This document shows, in pieces, positions 59,018 through 64,000 of a stretch of DNA of 64,000 bases (position 1 is the stretch's first letter; each line of letters starts with the position of its first letter). The DNA comes from Nitrospiraceae bacterium (lineage in GTDB: Bacteria; Nitrospirota; Nitrospiria; Nitrospirales; Nitrospiraceae), in assembly GCA_037442105.1 (NCBI GenBank), contig JBBIQV010000013.1, positions 1 through 64,000 of the forward strand, read 5' to 3'. The translations under genes and the position numbers were made by a program. The notes beneath the pieces were generated by a model. It did not search any database. It was not told the DNA's origin and saw only the letters and a program-made list of their open reading frames with translations.

Positions 59018-60121
59018 TTAGCTGAGCTTCATCATCCGATCAAGGGCGATCTTGGCCCAGTACTTCTCGTCGTCCGGCACCACGATCTGGTTCACCACCT
59101 GCCCTTCGGCCAGATTTTCCATAGCCCAGCAAAGGTGCGGCGCATCGATCCGAAACATGGTCGCACATTGGCAGACGGTCGAGGAGAGAAAAAATACCCG
59201 CTTGTCCGGCTGCTCGCGCTTGAGCCGATTGACCAGATTCATCTCGGTTCCCACTGCCCAGGTTGTTCCCGCAGGCGCAGCCTTGACCGTTCGAATGATG
59301 AACTCGGTGGACCCAACCAGATCGGCCTTGTTGACCACATCCTCATGGCACTCGGGATGCACGATGACGGTGCCGCCCGGATATTGCTTGCGGAAATAGT
59401 CCACGTGCGCCGGCTGGAACATCTGATGGACGCTGCAGTGCCCCTTCCAGAGAATCAGTCGAGCCCGGCTGATGGCCTCGACCGTATTCCCGCCGCGCGG
59501 CATGTATGGGTCCCACACGATCATTTCCTCACGCGGCACCCCCATTTTGTTCGCCGTGTTCCGGCCGAGATGCTCGTCGGGGAAAAAGAGAATTTTTTCG
59601 CGCCGCGCCCAAGCCCATTCGATGACGGCCCTGGCATTGGAGGAGGTGCAGGTAATCCCGCCATGCTCGCCACAGAAGGCTTTCAACACTGCGGCAGAAT
59701 TCACGTAGACCGCGGGCAGGACCGTCTCTTCGACAGGAAGAATTCGCCCCAACGTGTCCCAGCACTGCTCGACTTGTTCAATGGCCGCCATATCAGCCAT
59801 TGAGCACCCGGCCGCCAGGTCCGGCAGGATGACGACTTGTTTGGAGCGGCTCAGGATATCGGCGGTCTCCGCCATAAAGTGCACGCCGCAGAAGATGACA
59901 TAAGGACGGTCCGCCCGCTCCGCCGCAATCTTGGCCAGCAAGAGGGAGTCCCCTCGAAAATCTGCATGTTCGATCACTTCGTCCCGCTGGTAGTTGTGGC
60001 CCAACACCATAACCCGATCCCCCAAGGCTCGCTTCGCCTCAGCGGTACGCGCCAAGAGTTCCTCTTGCGAGAGCTGCTGGTACTCCGTGATCGGCCTTGG
60101 CAACGTGCTGACAGCTTTCAC
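59018..60121 (-). CDS. nadA: Quinolinate synthase
   Basis: GHNYQ, FCGVHFMAE, GCSMA, YVNS, CTSSNA, HPEC and CATM motifs. Confidence 0.97.
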   Translation of the reverse strand: MKAVSTLPRPITEYQQLSQEELLARTAEAKRALGDRVMVLGHNYQRDEVIEHADFRGDSLLLAKIAAERADRPYVIFCGVHFMAETADILSRSKQVVILPDLAAGCSMADMAAIEQVEQCWDTLGRILPVEETVLPAVYVNSAAVLKAFCGEHGGITCTSSNARAVIEWAWARREKILFFPDEHLGRNTANKMGVPREEMIVWDPYMPRGGNTVEAISRARLILWKGHCSVHQMFQPAHVDYFRKQYPGGTVIVHPECHEDVVNKADLVGSTEFIIRTVKAAPAGTTWAVGTEMNLVNRLKREQPDKRVFFLSSTVCQCATMFRIDAPHLCWAMENLAEGQVVNQIVVPDDEKYWAKIALDRMMKLS

Positions 60122-60169
60122 CGATTGACACCTTCGTCAGGGATGAGGATCTCGAACATAGGCTGCGTC

Positions 60170-60198
60170 ATTGTACGACACACCTCCATGACAATCAA
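60170..60198 (-). promoter_or_regulatory. Putative sigma70 promoter of nadA
   Basis: TTGATT-17 nt-TACAAT. Confidence 0.55.
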
Positions 60199-60270
60199 CG
60201 AAACCGCTCAGAGAGAAAGCCCTATCACATGCCCGTCCAATAGGCCGACTATTGTGGGTCCAAAAGCCGA

Positions 60271-60299
60271 TTGACATGGCCGGTGCCCAACGCTACCAT
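60271..60299 (+). promoter_or_regulatory. Sigma70 promoter of the thi operon
   Basis: TTGACA-17 nt-TACCAT immediately before the riboswitch. Confidence 0.75.
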
Positions 60300-60310
60300 C
60301 ACGTACCAAA

Positions 60311-60393
60311 GCTAGGGGGGCCATACGGCTGAGAGTCCGCTCGAATCGGACGACCCTCAGAACCTGACCTGGGTAATACCAGCGTAGGGAAGC
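60311..60393 (+). ncRNA. TPP riboswitch
   Basis: CTAGGGG...GGCTGAGA...ACCC..AACCTGA.CTGGGTAATACCAGCGTAGGGA upstream of thiC. Confidence 0.95.
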
Positions 60394-60422
60394 GCAGCGG
60401 AGCTGAGTGTCGCGGTCGGTTC

Positions 60423-60462
60423 AGCCGTACCCCGGAAGGTGGTACGGCTTTTGTGTTTTTTA
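60423..60462 (+). terminator. Riboswitch expression-platform terminator
   Basis: AGCCGTACC...GGTACGGCT followed by a T-rich tail. Confidence 0.8.
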
Positions 60463-60514
60463 TGAGCGAATAGCTGGTAGCTCGAAGCTGGTAGCTGCTC
60501 GCTATTCACTGTAA

Positions 60515-62467
<1,953 letters not shown>

Positions 62468-62476
62468 AAGGCGCTT

Positions 62477-62548
62477 TCAGCGATCAGCTGTCAGCAGTCA
62501 GCTTAAAATCCAAAGCTGAAGGCTGATGGCTGATAGCTGATAGCTGAA
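62477..62548. repeat. Heptamer-periodic inverted repeat (TCAGCNN)n...(NNGCTGA)n
   Basis: TCAGCGATCAGCTGTCAGCAGTCAGC ... GCTGAAGGCTGATGGCTGATAGCTGATAGCTGA; again at 63368-63443. Confidence 0.75.
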
Positions 62549-62559
62549 CGGAGTCGTAT

Positions 62560-63360
62560 ATGAGCAAGCCACGTCCAGCACCGCTCAGAGAACGTGACAT
62601 CACCAGGCAAATTGCCCGAGAGTACTATAAAGAGTTCGATCAATTGATCGAGAGCGATGTGATCATTGTCGGCGCAGGCCCGTCCGGGCTGATTTGCGCG
62701 CACGATCTGGCAACAACGGGGTTTCGCACTCTGATCGTTGAGCAAAGCCTCGCGCTCGGTGGGGGGTTCTGGTCCGGCGGTTACTTGATGAGCAAAGCCG
62801 CGATCTGCGCCCCGGCCAATGAGATTCTCGAAGAGATCGGCGTGCCCTGCAAACAGATCAGAGACTGTGCGGGCATGTTCATGGTCGATCCCCCCCATGC
62901 AACCGGCGCATTGATAGCCGCCGTGTGTCGGGCCGGTGCCAAGATCATGAACCTGACGCGCGTCGTGGACTTGATTCTTCGCAAAGACGGCTTACTAGAA
63001 GGAGTCGTGGTCAACAACACCACCGCCGAAATGGCGGGCCATGACGTGATCCACGTAGACCCGATCGCGCTGGAGAGCACAATCGTGGTGGACGCAACGG
63101 GCCACGATGCAGTCGTCGTGGGGCTCTTGCACAAGCGGAATCTCTACAAGCAAGTTCCCGGCAACGGTGCCATGTGGGTGTCCCGTTCGGAAGAAGAAGT
63201 GATGGACCGGACCGGCGAAGTCTATCCCAACTGCTTCGTGGTCGGGCTGGCAGTGGCCGCCGTGTACGGCACCCCGCGCATGGGACCGTCCTTCGGCTCG
63301 ATGTTGCTCTCAGGCCGGTATGGAGCGGAGTTAATTAAGAAGAAGCTGAAGAACGAATAA
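62560..63360 (+). CDS. thi4: Thi4-type thiazole synthase, non-Cys (His, sulfide-dependent) form
   Basis: GAGPSGL, GGGFWSGG, HVDP, DATGHDA and RMGPSFGSMLLSG motifs. Confidence 0.93.
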   Translation: MSKPRPAPLRERDITRQIAREYYKEFDQLIESDVIIVGAGPSGLICAHDLATTGFRTLIVEQSLALGGGFWSGGYLMSKAAICAPANEILEEIGVPCKQIRDCAGMFMVDPPHATGALIAAVCRAGAKIMNLTRVVDLILRKDGLLEGVVVNNTTAEMAGHDVIHVDPIALESTIVVDATGHDAVVVGLLHKRNLYKQVPGNGAMWVSRSEEEVMDRTGEVYPNCFVVGLAVAAVYGTPRMGPSFGSMLLSGRYGAELIKKKLKNE

Positions 63361-63457
63361 GTAGCTTTCAGCAGTCAGCAATCAGCCGTCAGAATCAAAA
63401 GAAGAAGAATCGCGTTGAGCTGATCGCTGAGAGCTGATGGCTTCTCTGCTAATCACC

Positions 63458-63973
63458 ATGGACGTTCAAGACTTCCTGATCCAAGGCGAGGGCAGCGAGG
63501 AAGACAAGCGCGAGGCCTGGCTTTTGTTCCAGCAAGCTTACGAAAGCCAAATGAAGGGCGAGCTGGAAGAAGCCATCAACCTGTACAAGAAGTCCCTGGC
63601 CATGCATCCGACGGCAGAAGCCCACACGTTCCTGGGCTGGACCTACAGCTTCATGGGCAAGTTGGACGAGGCAATCGACGAATGCCACCGCGCCATCGAA
63701 CGCGATCCGGACTTCGGTAATCCCTATAACGACATTGGCGCCTATCTGATCGAGAAAGGGGAGTTCGATGAGGCCATTCCCTGGTTCAAAAAAGCCATGC
63801 AGGCGCCGCGGTATGAAAGTCCCGCATTCCCCCATTTGAACATAGGCCGCGTTTACGAACGCAAGGGTCAGTGGACGGAAGCGATCGAGTCTTATAAGCA
63901 GGCACTCACGCTCAATCCCGACTATGTCCTGGCCAAACGCGCGCTGAGCCGGCTCATCAGCTCACTCAACTAA
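63458..63973 (+). CDS. Tetratricopeptide repeat protein
   Basis: About 4 TPRs: AEAHTFLGW, GNPYNDIGAY, PHLNIGRVY. Confidence 0.9.
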   Translation: MDVQDFLIQGEGSEEDKREAWLLFQQAYESQMKGELEEAINLYKKSLAMHPTAEAHTFLGWTYSFMGKLDEAIDECHRAIERDPDFGNPYNDIGAYLIEKGEFDEAIPWFKKAMQAPRYESPAFPHLNIGRVYERKGQWTEAIESYKQALTLNPDYVLAKRALSRLISSLN

Positions 63974-64000
63974 CCGGCGAATTCCTGATGTACGATGTCA

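Noticed and set aside
58331..59803. 490-aa plus-strand ORF
   Set aside because: Antisense shadow of ileS and nadA

Overview
GC-rich bacterial chromosomal window; gene content and style suggest a Nitrospira-like (Nitrospirota) genome, which is an inference. Four zones. (1) 1-8 kb is a decaying accessory region: ankyrin and Sel1 lipoproteins, an Rhs relic, three toxin-antitoxin loci (one broken), two paralogous lipoproteins (one frameshifted at a (GA)5 tract), gene fragments and small non-autonomous repeat elements. (2) 8-43.5 kb is a stress/low-oxygen-type island: archaeal-type SAM synthetase, Pcm, LigD phosphoesterase, RtcA, an RlaP-like nucleotidyltransferase, USPs, Hsp20, CBS, BCAM0308-like protein, hemerythrin, acsA-pdhABC-ACP, a Pat-type acetyltransferase and a three-gene POR. 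It also holds a 6S-like RNA and a second, unidentified ~230-nt structured RNA candidate. (3) 43.7-49.6 kb is a co-oriented sulfur/electron-transfer module: DUF2892-sqr-tauE-Rieske-cytochrome b/c-tsdA-osmC. (4) 50-64 kb is mostly housekeeping: MacAB-type exporter, uppP, ileS-lspA, nadA, TPP riboswitch-thiC-thi4, TPR protein. The strongest cross-cutting signal is eight sigma-54 (-24/-12) promoter matches. Seven lie near one of six tandem pairs of 17-bp TG-N13-CA-type imperfect palindromes spaced 32-34 bp apart, suggesting that one enhancer-binding protein controls zones 2 and 3. No rRNA, tRNA, CRISPR array or intact transposase was seen. Family calls come from motif recognition by eye, not database searches.
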